A model generated the notes under the pieces. That model was not told the origin of the DNA. It saw only the letters and a list, made by a program, of their open reading frames with translations, and ran no database searches. Both the position numbers and the translations under genes were made by a program. From Chrysomallon squamiferum (lineage: Eukaryota > Animalia > Mollusca), in contig CM022671.1 of NCBI GenBank assembly GCA_012295275.1, positions 19,716,001 to 19,780,000 on the forward strand: 64,000 nt of DNA, read 5' to 3'. Of this stretch, positions 13,164 through 25,100 are shown in pieces (the first letter of the stretch is position 1; each line of letters begins with the position of its first letter).

Positions 13164-16100
13164 ATTTTTATGTTGATCAGAATGATAGAAAATTCAAAGT
13201 TGTCAGTTAAATGTTTTAATATTTGATTTTTGGGTGTCTTTTGGGAACAACTGCCATTTTGAAGTAATCTCCATTTTTAAGGGCTTGTTTTGAAGCGAGA
13301 CTGTGAAGCTAAAGTTGATAAAATCTAAATTAAAAATTACAATTTTTGAACATTCGTATCTTCACTTATACTTATTCTACTTGCACTACACAGAGTGAAG
13401 GGATCTAGATATGAAAATCTGAAATGTTAATTTTTTAAAGTGTTCATCTTTATAAATTGCATTTTTCTTCAGCATCTTGGTACAGTCTCACTGCTAGTAA
13501 TTTAAAATATTATAACAATAAAGATGACTTGTTGAGTACCCTTTCCTACTAAGAGTGGGACTCAAAGCACTTTACAGTGAGAATATATTAATGACAAATG
13601 CACAAAAACTGAATGTAATAATCTAGTACTTACAAAAGATGTTTCAGAAAACCTGTTTGAAAATGTCAAAATTATGAATAAGGAAATTTGTACTTGTTAT
13701 TTTTTATTTTTTTAAACATAAGAAGCTGAAATTTTATCAAGAACACTAATTAAATACATTTATTCCATCTTCTTTCCAGTATTATTTCCAATATTATTTA
13801 CAACCGCAGAAAAATCAAATAAAAATCTAAATGTCTGTGCATTATCTACCACTACTAGTGGTTAACCACTGGGCGAATCTACTATAAAACTAATGACGCT
13901 TAAGGTTTCAGGGCCCCTAATATCGGACGTCATCAAAAGTAATATTAGTCCGCATTGCATAATTTGTAAAGGTATACTCTGTTAGTTGAAGACCGTGACT
14001 ATACAAGAATAAGAAAGTTCAGGCATGAAAATCAAGTGGCATTGGAGAAATAACACTAGCTATCCAGATACCATTGCTAACTGGGAAGAGTCCTAATGAC
14101 AATTAAGACTTGAGAGCAACAAAAATAAACTGCTAACATCGCAGTGTCAGAATTATTCCAACAAATCAATCAGCGAGCCAGTTAAAATTAACAATTCTAG
14201 TAAAGTGGAATCATACAGCTCGTGCAGTTGTATTTTGCCACCAAGGGAAATACATTTTTGCTTTGATAAATTAATTTTAAAAATGTCGAATGCATCCTAA
14301 CTGTTAGATCGATCAATGGGATATTGTTATACAAACAAACGGTCTAATCAGTAAATGTATTTTGAATGATATATATATTTCCTGGGTTCTTTTTTGACAT
14401 ACTGGCAACACTTTGATCTCCAGTTTATTTTAAGAACCAGAGCTTGATATAAGAAATTTCTTAATATGTTTGCCAGTTCCATAATGAATGAGACATACTT
14501 GGTATTTGTTCCTCCATTCAGAAACCATTTTCTTACATTAGTGCTCACTATCATGAGAGTAAAATGTAACTTTTAGCATAATTTTAATGATCTTCAAGCA
14601 TGTTTATTTTCTAAAGATGGGTTTTCGGAGATTGTTTTTTTTTTGAAGAAGAAGAAGAAGAAAAAAAAAGTTACGAAGTTTAATCTGAAATATGTAACTA
14701 CTAAAAGGTAAAAATCATGAACCCAATATTCTATTTGAATATAATTATTTTAATTCAATTTTAATATAAATAAAGTTAAGAACAATATATATTCAGAATG
14801 ACTGATTTAGTAAATTAGTCGTGGTAAAAATAACTGATTTATTATTTACTAAACTGGTATTCAAACTAAACAAAAACAACAATACCAATTCAGTTTAGCT
14901 GGTTTCATTCATATACTTATTTTGCTTCAAGTAAACTAACATTAAAGTTGTGTCTTGCTCTTGTGTGTATACTTATAATATCAGTGTTCTAATTAATTCA
15001 CTTTAATGTGTTATCTTGAGTGTTATAATTACAAATATTCTTACTTCAGTTCAATTTATATATTTAAAGGTTTATTTAAAAAGATGATAAAACAAACTTA
15101 AGTACACTTCCAGATAGAAAATACGAATTTTAATAGCGAGAGAGAGAATCAAAAGAATTCTCATCAGGTTTATTGATAATATAGTTAAGATCAGAGCTAA
15201 GTACCCAATTTAAGTTCCAAATATAAAAAGTAAGTAACTGCTTTATATTTCTGAAGTAATGTTAGCTTTAATGTTAAATGTATTAAAAAAAACTTTATCA
15301 TACTAAAGTTGAATTTTAATTGCATGTATATACTGAATACTTTCAGGAAAATAATTTAATAATCTCAGAAACAATCAAAAAGATTACATATCTCTTTAAT
15401 AAAACAGTGGAAAGTAGCCTTACTATTATTAGACTAACAAAAATTGGAGGTATGTTTTGAGATGGGATTTGTGCAAAACAATTTTTATCTTGTAAATTGT
15501 GACATAGATGGCAACAGAAATGGATTACATAATATTCTATAAAAACCTTGTTTTTCTTTTGTTTTGTTTGTACATGAGTTTTCCCTTGTTATTATTAATA
15601 TGTTGTTTGTACTTTAATTGTTCGATGCATTGTCTTCGTTAGTTACAATTTCACTATACTGTCACTTTGAAAATAATCTTCCCAGAAACTGCAATATCTT
15701 TACAAAAGGAATTTTCAATATATTAATTTTTGTTACATATATATAAATGTGTGAAATAAAATATGAATTTATATTTTGTCTGACTTGTTCTTTTATTTTA
15801 ACGTTTATTATTATCATTAGCTTTATTTCAATGGATAGTTATGTACTTTCGGGTATGAAGTCAGAACACATGATGTACCTCACTTGTTATGGTTCCATTT
15901 GCAATTTTTGTTTGTAATTGGTTGTTGCCCATTTTTATTTGTGATTTTTTTTTTTTTTTTATACATAACTATGGTTTTTATAAATAGGTGTTTGAATCTT
16001 TCTTGATTTCTATTATTTTGTTCTCCCTGTGATACCCTTCATTTGAATTATTTAAAAAACAATTGTATGCAGATAAAGATGCAAACTTTAATTAGAAATT

Positions 16101-16200
16101 TGCAAAAACAAAAATTGGAGAGATAGTTATTATTTGGAAAGTTAAAGTGATTTATTTTGTCAAAGTAGCTTATATATTTTGGGAAATAAAAATTGTTTCA

Positions 16201-16203
<3 letters not shown>

Positions 16204-16287
<84 letters not shown>

Positions 16288-16305
16288 GTATGTATGTATG
16301 TATGA
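16204..16305. repeat. (CT)n plus (TATG)n microsatellite
   Basis: Seen directly; expanded relative to unit 1 (~7465). Confidence 0.95.
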
Positions 16306-16456
16306 GGACTATATTTAAGGACACCTAAAAAAAAGAAATTAAATGGAAAATATATGAGAGCTGTATGGAGTGATTCTATTACAAATGAATACAGTTATTT
16401 TACAATTTCATTGAAAAAAAATATTAATAAAATTATGAATACCATTATTTAGAAAA

Positions 16457-16807
16457 TTATTTTCTGATGTAATCACAGTAATATTCCCAATTATGTTTAT
16501 ATATAAATTCAGCATTTGTATATTTTCCTAAATGTTTTCCCGACGCTATTTTCATAGTTCGCGCGCACGTCCTAACCAGACCGGAACTATTCTTTAAAGC
16601 CGCTGGTCGTTCATTCACTCGCCGCACTGTTTACGTGTCGAGTCGCCACAGTTGTGTATCGTCAATTTTCTTTATGTTTTTAATTTTAAAATGTTTGTGC
16701 CTAATTATTTAAGTATTTAGATGCCTTGGTACCAGAAAACCGGAAAATCCAGAAATCCGGAATGCCTCAGGCCCCAAGGAGACCGGATAATTAGTCCGGT
16801 ACCTGTA
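16457..16807. mobile_element. Truncated non-autonomous pogo/Tigger-like (Tc1-mariner superfamily) DNA transposon end
   Basis: Present only in unit 2. Ends ...ccggaaaatccagaaatccggaatgcctcaggccccaaggagaccggataattagtccggtacctg|TA, which resembles Tigger4/Zombi-type termini (recalled, not searched), followed by TA. The other terminus was not found. Confidence 0.5.
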
Positions 16808-18719
16808 GTTCATTTATTTAGTCTTTTGAAATAGCATCGGCTACACTGATACATAAATATAATGGTTGTAGATTTAAAGATATTCTTTATAACAATAATA
16901 TAACAGATGGTAGGTTAATTGATACTAAATTCTGTTTTTGATTTAGAACTTTGGCTTATAAAAGGAAAATGGAGTATTTTTGATATTAATCTTATATAAT
17001 CCGACAAGATCATCACTGAAACATATCTGTTGATTTTATTTATTTATATATTATTTAAATTTTTTATTTTTTTCCCTAATGCATTAATTTTTCACTATTA
17101 TTATTATTATTATTTTTTTGTTTTTCTGATATGAATTTTGATAGTGAATTAAAGGTAAGGTTACATTTAATATTCTAATTATTTTGTTGTAAAATATATT
17201 CGTTCAAATATTTTAACAGTAATTAGTAATACTAAAAACAGTCTCGCGTTTACCTTTGTATTAGTGAATTATTCACAATTCACACGCACTTGTAGATCGC
17301 GTACTATCATTCTTTGGTAATTTGTATCATGCATGTTAATCTCTATAGAAAAACTATAAATAGCTTACAAACATTTGTGAAAGAATTTAAATAAAAATAC
17401 ATCTACCCCTTTAGAACTGAAATACATGAATACATGAAAAGAAAGGGTACATGCAGGTCGCTCTATTAGTCATGAGAAATGAAGCGTGGTTTCAGCAGAC
17501 TGAATGAAAATCGTTATATCTGTTTCATACAAACACATGTTGAGCAGTGCACAAGCTCTGTTTCACTTGCTGTGTAAATTTTAACACAGCTAGATGTTTC
17601 TAAAAGTTTTAAGTATGTTTGCTGTTTAAATACTGTATGAAAGGAAACGCGTACAATATTCGATTTCCAGGACACGGCGGGTGAGTCATATATAAATGTA
17701 TTAACTGTTTTTCTCATTTGTTAAATACATGTGTAAATAAATAATGGGTTTATTGAGTGTGGCTACAGAATTTGAATTTTTTTCAATTCACGCTATTACA
17801 CTGAGATTATTTGTGACATTTTTAAAACAAAAACAGATATTAGTCTAAGAAGTGACACCAGGACAAAACACTGTTCCGAAAATTTGATGGTGATTTGGTT
17901 TGGGCATCATCCTAGGGATTAATGGCCATGGATTTAGGAACTGAGGTTGGGAAGGAGGGGATCACACGCAATAAGTCCCTGTTATCTGACGAAGGCTAGA
18001 TAGACACTATACTAGAAAGGAACCTCTAAGTTTACATCAATGATCCTAGGAGTATTTTAGGAATGGCAGTAATACCAAATTATGTATTACTAATTAGGTA
18101 GAGATATTTGAAATCAAGAGGGTGCGTAAAAAAAAAAATATATATATATATAGAGTCTTTTACAATCAATTCATAAAAATAATTAGTTGACGGATCAATG
18201 TACCATGGTATCACTAGAAATGATATTTGCGACGTTACCAGCAAAAAGTCTGACTGATTTTTTCAAAATGGCTGCCATTAAAATCAGTTTAGGACTTTAT
18301 TTAACCATAACTGAAACTGTTGTCACAACTACATGAGTATTAACACGGTCTGACGGTAGATTTAGTTTATACATCATTTTACGAATATTGTTCGATCGGC
18401 AATACCACCAAAGTATGGTATCACTAATTGGCAAGATTAATTTGAAAAGTATGGGTCGCATATCTTGCAATGTGTATGTTTCTCTTATCTTAAAAATAAG
18501 ATATAGTTCAGTTCGTTTATTTCAGAATATCCAAAAAGCTGAATACCATTAAGTTTTATTTTAATTCAGTTGAACAATTGAGATGTCATTACTAAGTTAT
18601 TAATTATATACATATCTATATGAAGTGTCACGTTATTGGTTATTGCTTATAATTATGAAGTTTTCACTTTGTATCGCAGACTAATGCAATATTCCTAATA
18701 GAAAATCCTAGATAAATTT

Positions 18720-19260
18720 ATAATTGACAGTGACAGTATGGTTGGATTCTATAGTTAGTTTAAAAACTTCCAGTTCATTTTCAAAAAGTTCACTTGCCAC
18801 TAGTGAAGCATTCACCATCCGATGGTATAGAGGGACATTAGTGGTGCTGCTGTCGGCTCCATATGGTGCACGGTACTCTTCTCTTTGGAACCACAACTCA
18901 TAGTTTTTATTTCCAGCTTCGGAATCTTCGGATTCGGGCGGAGCACAGTCATGATCAAGTTCTGGTTGCTTGTCAGGTTCGGTAGTTTTGTTGCTGTCGC
19001 CACGATTATGACGTCTCTGTGACGAACAGTTCTATTTTACGGACACTGTATCTGAACTTTCCACTTCAAAACTGGCTGCATCAGCATAATCAGCATCATA
19101 TCACACATTTGGTTTGCATAGTGGGGAAATAATAATGTTTTTCGCGTCCGTTGACCTTCCGCTATCTTTAGTATCAAGAAATGCACGATGTCGACCGAGG
19201 TATCAACAGTTGTAGTAAAACACCTTTCAGACGATCAGAGGCTGAGAAATGCCAGAGGTT
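18720..19260 (-). pseudogene. Decayed coding-like fragment on the minus strand, possibly retroelement-derived; homologue at ~11300-11700
   Basis: Higher GC/CpG than the flanks. One frame reads DADYADAASFEVESSDTVSVK*NCSSQRRHNRGDSNKTTEPDKQPELDHDCAPPESEDSEAGNKNYELWFQREEYRAPYGADSSTTNVPLYHRMVNAS..., with stops and frameshifts. Confidence 0.3.
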
Positions 19261-19284
19261 CAATATAGGTACAGGTTCAATATA

Positions 19285-19340
<56 letters not shown>

Positions 19341-19432
19341 TATATGATGACAAATTTATCTATTTTCTGTTTTCAGAAAGAAGACAAAGAAAATCTGCTA
19401 AATTTCTACGTACTATCGTAACAATTATATAA

Positions 19433-20383
19433 ATGATGAGTATATTTGGTGACTGTTTTGTGAAATCTTGCGATAAGTGTCACGGGATTCCGGCAAGAAT
19501 AATATGTCTTTGTATAGTGCTCCTGCAGGGAGGCATTCTCGATTATTACCTAATTACTTACGTAGGAGAATCAAACTATTCCTGGATTACCTTCGATGTT
19601 GTTATTATTATCATTTTCAGTGTTTCATTCGCCATTTCCAAAAAACGTCAGTCTGCCGGAGAAAACGAACCTCGAATTATCGGACTTGGATGGTTTGCAT
19701 GGCTTGTGTATTCCACAGCACTTGTTGCCAGAATGGTAATAATTCTCGACAGATTTGCCCATCTTCTGGATGAGAAGAATTTCTTTGGTCCTAGTACATT
19801 AAAAACAACATTAACACTGGCTTCCTGTGTGTTTCTTTTCCTTGTAGTGACTCATAATAACTCTCGCATAGGTGGTGAACGCAGACGATATATTGAACAA
19901 TTGACAGGCACTGTGATTTTTGATATATTCGATACTGTTGATATCGTTGACGTCCTGTTCGATAAGGAATCACGTGATATGTTTACTCCAGGGATGAAAC
20001 CAGCCGTTCTCGTAGTCTCTGGCAGCAACATTCTGATACCCACAATTCCTCTCATAACTCTGAGTCTTACACATTTTGGACGAAAGAAAATATCCAAAAG
20101 ATTTGTATCTCTTCATAAGTTAACAGTGGCTTTACTGGTAAATGTACCAAGTCTCGTCATTCGGTTGGTTTTATGGCACGGTTTCAGCGTTGGTATTTCA
20201 CCGTTCATTATGAAAAACATTCTTTTGATAGGAATCGTAATGTATGAATTCTATGAGCATAAAAAAGAAAAGGTGGATGAGAAGAGATCGAATAAAAATG
20301 AGTCTAACAACCGTGAAAGAAATGGTGAAAAGAGGATATCAAGCAGTTACAATCAAAGTTTTACACTGAATGAGCGCATCTAA
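19433..20383 (+). CDS. TMEM121B: CECR6/TMEM121-family membrane protein, paralog B2 (316 aa), tandem duplicate of B1
   Basis: Intact ORF with 10 aa differences from B1 (manual comparison) and the same upstream acceptor context. Confidence 0.82.
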   Translation: MMSIFGDCFVKSCDKCHGIPARIICLCIVLLQGGILDYYLITYVGESNYSWITFDVVIIIIFSVSFAISKKRQSAGENEPRIIGLGWFAWLVYSTALVARMVIILDRFAHLLDEKNFFGPSTLKTTLTLASCVFLFLVVTHNNSRIGGERRRYIEQLTGTVIFDIFDTVDIVDVLFDKESRDMFTPGMKPAVLVVSGSNILIPTIPLITLSLTHFGRKKISKRFVSLHKLTVALLVNVPSLVIRLVLWHGFSVGISPFIMKNILLIGIVMYEFYEHKKEKVDEKRSNKNESNNRERNGEKRISSSYNQSFTLNERI

Positions 20384-22090
20384 TTCTTTTTTTTTTCTCT
20401 CTCTCTCTCCCCTCTGCAGACACACACACGCACATCTTTTTATGTTGATCACAATGACAGAAAATTCAAAGTTGTCAGTCAAACAGTTCGAGAGATGTAA
20501 ATGTTTTAATATTTAATTTTTTTGGTGTCTTTTGGGAACAGTTGCCATTTTGAAATTATTTCCATTTTTAAGGGCTCTTTTTTTTTTTTTTTTATATTCA
20601 TATTATGTGTTGCCAGTATTCAGTCTCATAATTCTGAAAAATATGTTAGCATTGTGATATGTGAAGCTAAAGTTGATAAAATCTAAATCTAAATTACAAT
20701 TCTTGAAAATTCGTATCTTCACTTCTACTTGTACTATGAAAGTGGTTTTTATTCCAAATTAATCTGAGTAAAGAGATCCATATGTTGAAAAACATTTAGA
20801 AGGGATAAATATATTAGAACATGTGAAATGTTAATTTTTTAAGGTTTTTATCTTCATAAGTTGCAGTTTTCTTCAGCATTTAGGTATAATCTTATTGCTA
20901 ATAAATAAAAATATTATAACAATAAAGATGACTTGGAGAGTACCCTTTCCTACTGAGAGTGGGACTCAAAGTACTTTACAGTGAGAATAAATTAAGGACA
21001 AATGCACAAAAACTGGATGTAATAATATAGTACTTAGAAAAATTACAAATTTGATGATGTGAATGTAAATGGTGCAGAAGCAAATGTCAAAGCTATGAAT
21101 AAAGAAATTTGTACTTATTATTTATTACTTATATTGTGTGTTTTGAACCAGATCTTAAACATAAGATTCTGAATTTATACCAGTAACACTAAATAAATAC
21201 ACTTATTCCATCGTCAGTTCCAATATTATTTTTAAAACATTGCCATAACCGCAAAAAAATCAAATAAAAATCTAAATACTAGAGTAAACATTCACAAGAA
21301 AGAAGGCTTAACGAGTGGTTCGACAGAAAATACGGTCTGGTAGGGTGGGTTATCGTGTAGTTGTTTTGAGATTCAGTTCTACTTGTTTTTGTTTTTTTGA
21401 AAGATGAAATATTTTTCTTTCGGTTGTTATGTTTCTGAAAGGGGTCAGTTACTAGGACATAGCTGAGAAACTTTAGATAGTTGTTGTTTTTTTATCAAGG
21501 TTTTCCATCACTTTTGGGAGGCAAAAGCTTTCATGTTGGATGCATAAATGAATCTAAGGAGTTGTTTATATGAAGAAATGTCAAAGAATTAACCCCGTGA
21601 GCGTAAAAAGTAATGTATAAATGATGTTCGAAAATTTGTTCGGAGAAATTTAACGAGATTGCCGCTCCACAAGACTGTTAGGACTGACTGTAAACCATTT
21701 TTTTCCCAATACAAGATAGTATTTGTGTAATAAACACAAAGGTAAGACTTTTTATTTTCCATTCATGCAGTTTTTATTCAGACAGGTCTTGAAACAGAGA
21801 ATAAATAAACCGGTCAAAAGTAAAACAAAAATTGATCAAAACAGTATGGCGGACCAAAAAATATATACCTATATATGGTCTGTATTTAATGAAACAAATG
21901 TTATATTCCTATACTGAACACATAATACTGTATTATGTGATTTTATTTTAATGATTTATCTTTAATTGATATTAGATTTAATAGTTCTCAACCAAAGAAT
22001 TAGCTGAAAATAGCAAATTTTATATTCATTCATTCATTCATTTATTATGCATTTATTTATGGTTATTTCTTTCATTTTATGATTATGATG

Positions 22091-22138
<48 letters not shown>
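22091..22138. repeat. (ATT)n microsatellite
   Basis: Seen directly in sequence. Confidence 0.95.
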
Positions 22139-22139
<1 letters not shown>

Positions 22140-25100
22140 GTTTTAATTATTATTATTATTATCATCATTATTTGGTATTTCACCATAACACAGTCTTTAA
22201 TTGTATGTGACCATTATCTTTGTAACTATTTTAGGGAGACAGATAAAAAACAAGAACAACATTACACTGCTGGAAAATACAGAATTATCGGTGTCATTAA
22301 ACCATAAATCAGGCAAGTTCAAATCACTATGTCTAGCGAATGTTGAAACCTATGATTAAAATGAGTCGTTAAACAAACATTTCTTCATTTTATATTCATG
22401 AACTTTAAAGTCATCGCATTGCAATAATGACTTCACGTGAATATTCCATCATGTGAAACTAAGTTGTCTGATGTTAATTATTTCTCATATTACCTACTTT
22501 TGAAGTATCATTGGATATTTATCGATCGAGGTTTTGCTACATACCATTCATATGTATTTACCATGACATTATCAGAAATCCATGCACTACAGGGATATAG
22601 TTTAGTATCATGCGCATATATATTATTTCTCAATTCCCTAAACGTACGTACGAGTTACTGAGTTATGAGTGTGTGCGTATGCATGCATGTTTTTATCAAA
22701 TCAATATTAGATTAGTATTATGTAATTACGCTGAAATGACGACTTGTTAACGCATTGTAATCGTAGTCGATGAATCTTACAACACTGTCATCAGCAAAAA
22801 TAACAACAAACCGACTGATGGGCAAAACTCAATCACATTTTACTCCCATCGGAGTAATTTAGATTAATGATGTCTAGTTCATTCATGCTATAATATATCG
22901 TCAGAGTAAATATGATTTCGTCTGATGAAGCCGGTGACATTATAACACATTTTGTATAACAAGTATTAGACGTAAAACCTGATAGTGCATTATGTACCAC
23001 TCCTACTGGTCAACCAGTGGGCGGATCTACTATGAAGCTTAAAATTTCAGGGTCCCTAATCTCGGACGGCCCCAAAAGTAATATTAGTCCGTATTGCATA
23101 TTTGGTAAAAAGGTATATTCTATTAGTTGGAGACCGCTACTATACAAGAATAAACAAGCAGCATTGAAGAAGATAACGTTGGTTACCAGTACTAAATGGG
23201 AAGAGCAGTGACTGACAATTAAGGCTTGAAAGCAACAAAAATAAATTTCCGCCACTGCGGCTAACGTGCAGTGTCAGAATTATCCAACAGATCGATCAGC
23301 CAGCCAGTTAAAATTAACGTTTCTAGTAAAGTGGAATCATACAGCTCGTGCAGGGTTTTTTTGCCATCAAGGGAAATACATTTTTGCTTTAATAAATTAA
23401 TTTTAAAGATGTCGAATGCATCCTAACTGTTAGATCGATCAGTGAGATAGTTATACACACAAACGGTCTAATCAGTAAATGTATTTTGAATGATATATAT
23501 ATTTCCTGGGTTCTTTTGTGACACACATTTCCAGTAGCCAGAGGCTGAATGCTAATACAGGCATGACCAGGAATGCGCCAAGGATTTCATAAGAAAAAAC
23601 ATAAATAAATAAAAGTGTTCGGTATTGTTGTGATGAAATGAAATGATGGTGTCAGCAAAACGTAAATGTTGTGAGAGTGAGGTTTTTTTTTGCTGACAAT
23701 ACAATTTGGAGTATTTAAATGAAAGAGGTTTGATATCTTAAAAATCGAAAAGGAAAGCATCCTAAAGATATTCGACTTTCAATGACAATTATTAAATGAT
23801 TGACATTTAAAGACAAAGCATCTTTTATTGTTATTTATGTTTATTGTTTTATTTTTATTTAAGTAGAAGGAGCATGACATTCCTAGATAGGTTTTCTTGT
23901 TAATTTTACACTAAAGTAAAGCAGTCTTGTCGGCAAACAAACAACAACTGAATTTAATTTAAAGCAATATTGAAACTTTATTGACCATATTTGAAAATGT
24001 ATCATTTCAATACATTAATGCTACAGAAGCATCACGTTTTGCTTTGCACATTTCCCTTACAATTATAAACAAAATCGATTTACACTAAGAGTGAGACTAC
24101 AAGCAAACAAATATTCCAGTAAAGATTTAGTAATACTGCCATAACTTATTACCAACAACACTACAGAAATGTGAACCTTTTTGCGTTTTATTTTTCCAAC
24201 TTCTAGTATTACTCCTAGGCCATCAATGACTCTTTAGCTTAAGTGGTACAAGATGACAAAAATATTTTTACAGTGACCGAAAACTGACCATAAAATACAT
24301 TAAATATACATCTAATTACATGGAATGCTCAATTTGTTGAACTTCAAAATAAAAAGGAAAATAAATGGCTAACGTTTCTAGTAAAGTTTCATGTTTTAGA
24401 ATAATGAAATGTTAAATGCTTAATAGTTATTTCTTGTTTAACTTGTGTCAAAATGATAGATCATCTAGTGCAATTTAAATTTAATAAAATAAAAATAACT
24501 GAAATGTCTGAAGTTAGTCATTTCATTTCTTTCAATTTGTTTCTACGAAAAATTAATAAACTTTGTGGACAGTTTAAATACAATTTATGACAAATGACGA
24601 ATTTAAAAGTGTTTTGTATAATTTTCTCCCATGGCCCAAAAATTAATCTATAGTTAAGTAGTTATCAACAATAAACACAACTGCAGCATTCGTGACAATA
24701 TCACAATTTATGAAATTATTTTAAAGGCCCGAGTTATTTATCTAATGATAATTATTTTTAAATTTTAATTCAAATTAATTAGGATTAACGATGTCTTACT
24801 CAAATTAATTGTACGTCATCAGTGATTATTTCCATGTCTGATATACTGACTAGACCATTCAACCCGTGAAAAACAAAGATATAATCCAGACCAACAAACC
24901 CAATTTCTGTCAATATACAACGTTTGGTATGGAAATAAATATTTATAAAAGAGGACTGAATTCTTTTCATGCAGACTCACAATTAAATTTGGTGTCCAGC
25001 ACAAATTATAAAATTTGTTCAACTAGGTGAACATTCAGAAAATATCTGTCAGAAGTAATATGATTGATTTTTAAAGAAATTAAAATCAAGGCAATAAAAC

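Larger units (their letters stand above)
14426..23522 (+). repeat. Tandem segmental duplication, unit 2 (~9.1 kb)
   Basis: Collinear with unit 1. Unit-specific segments at ~16457-16805, ~18815-18985 and ~21279-22985. Confidence 0.9.
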
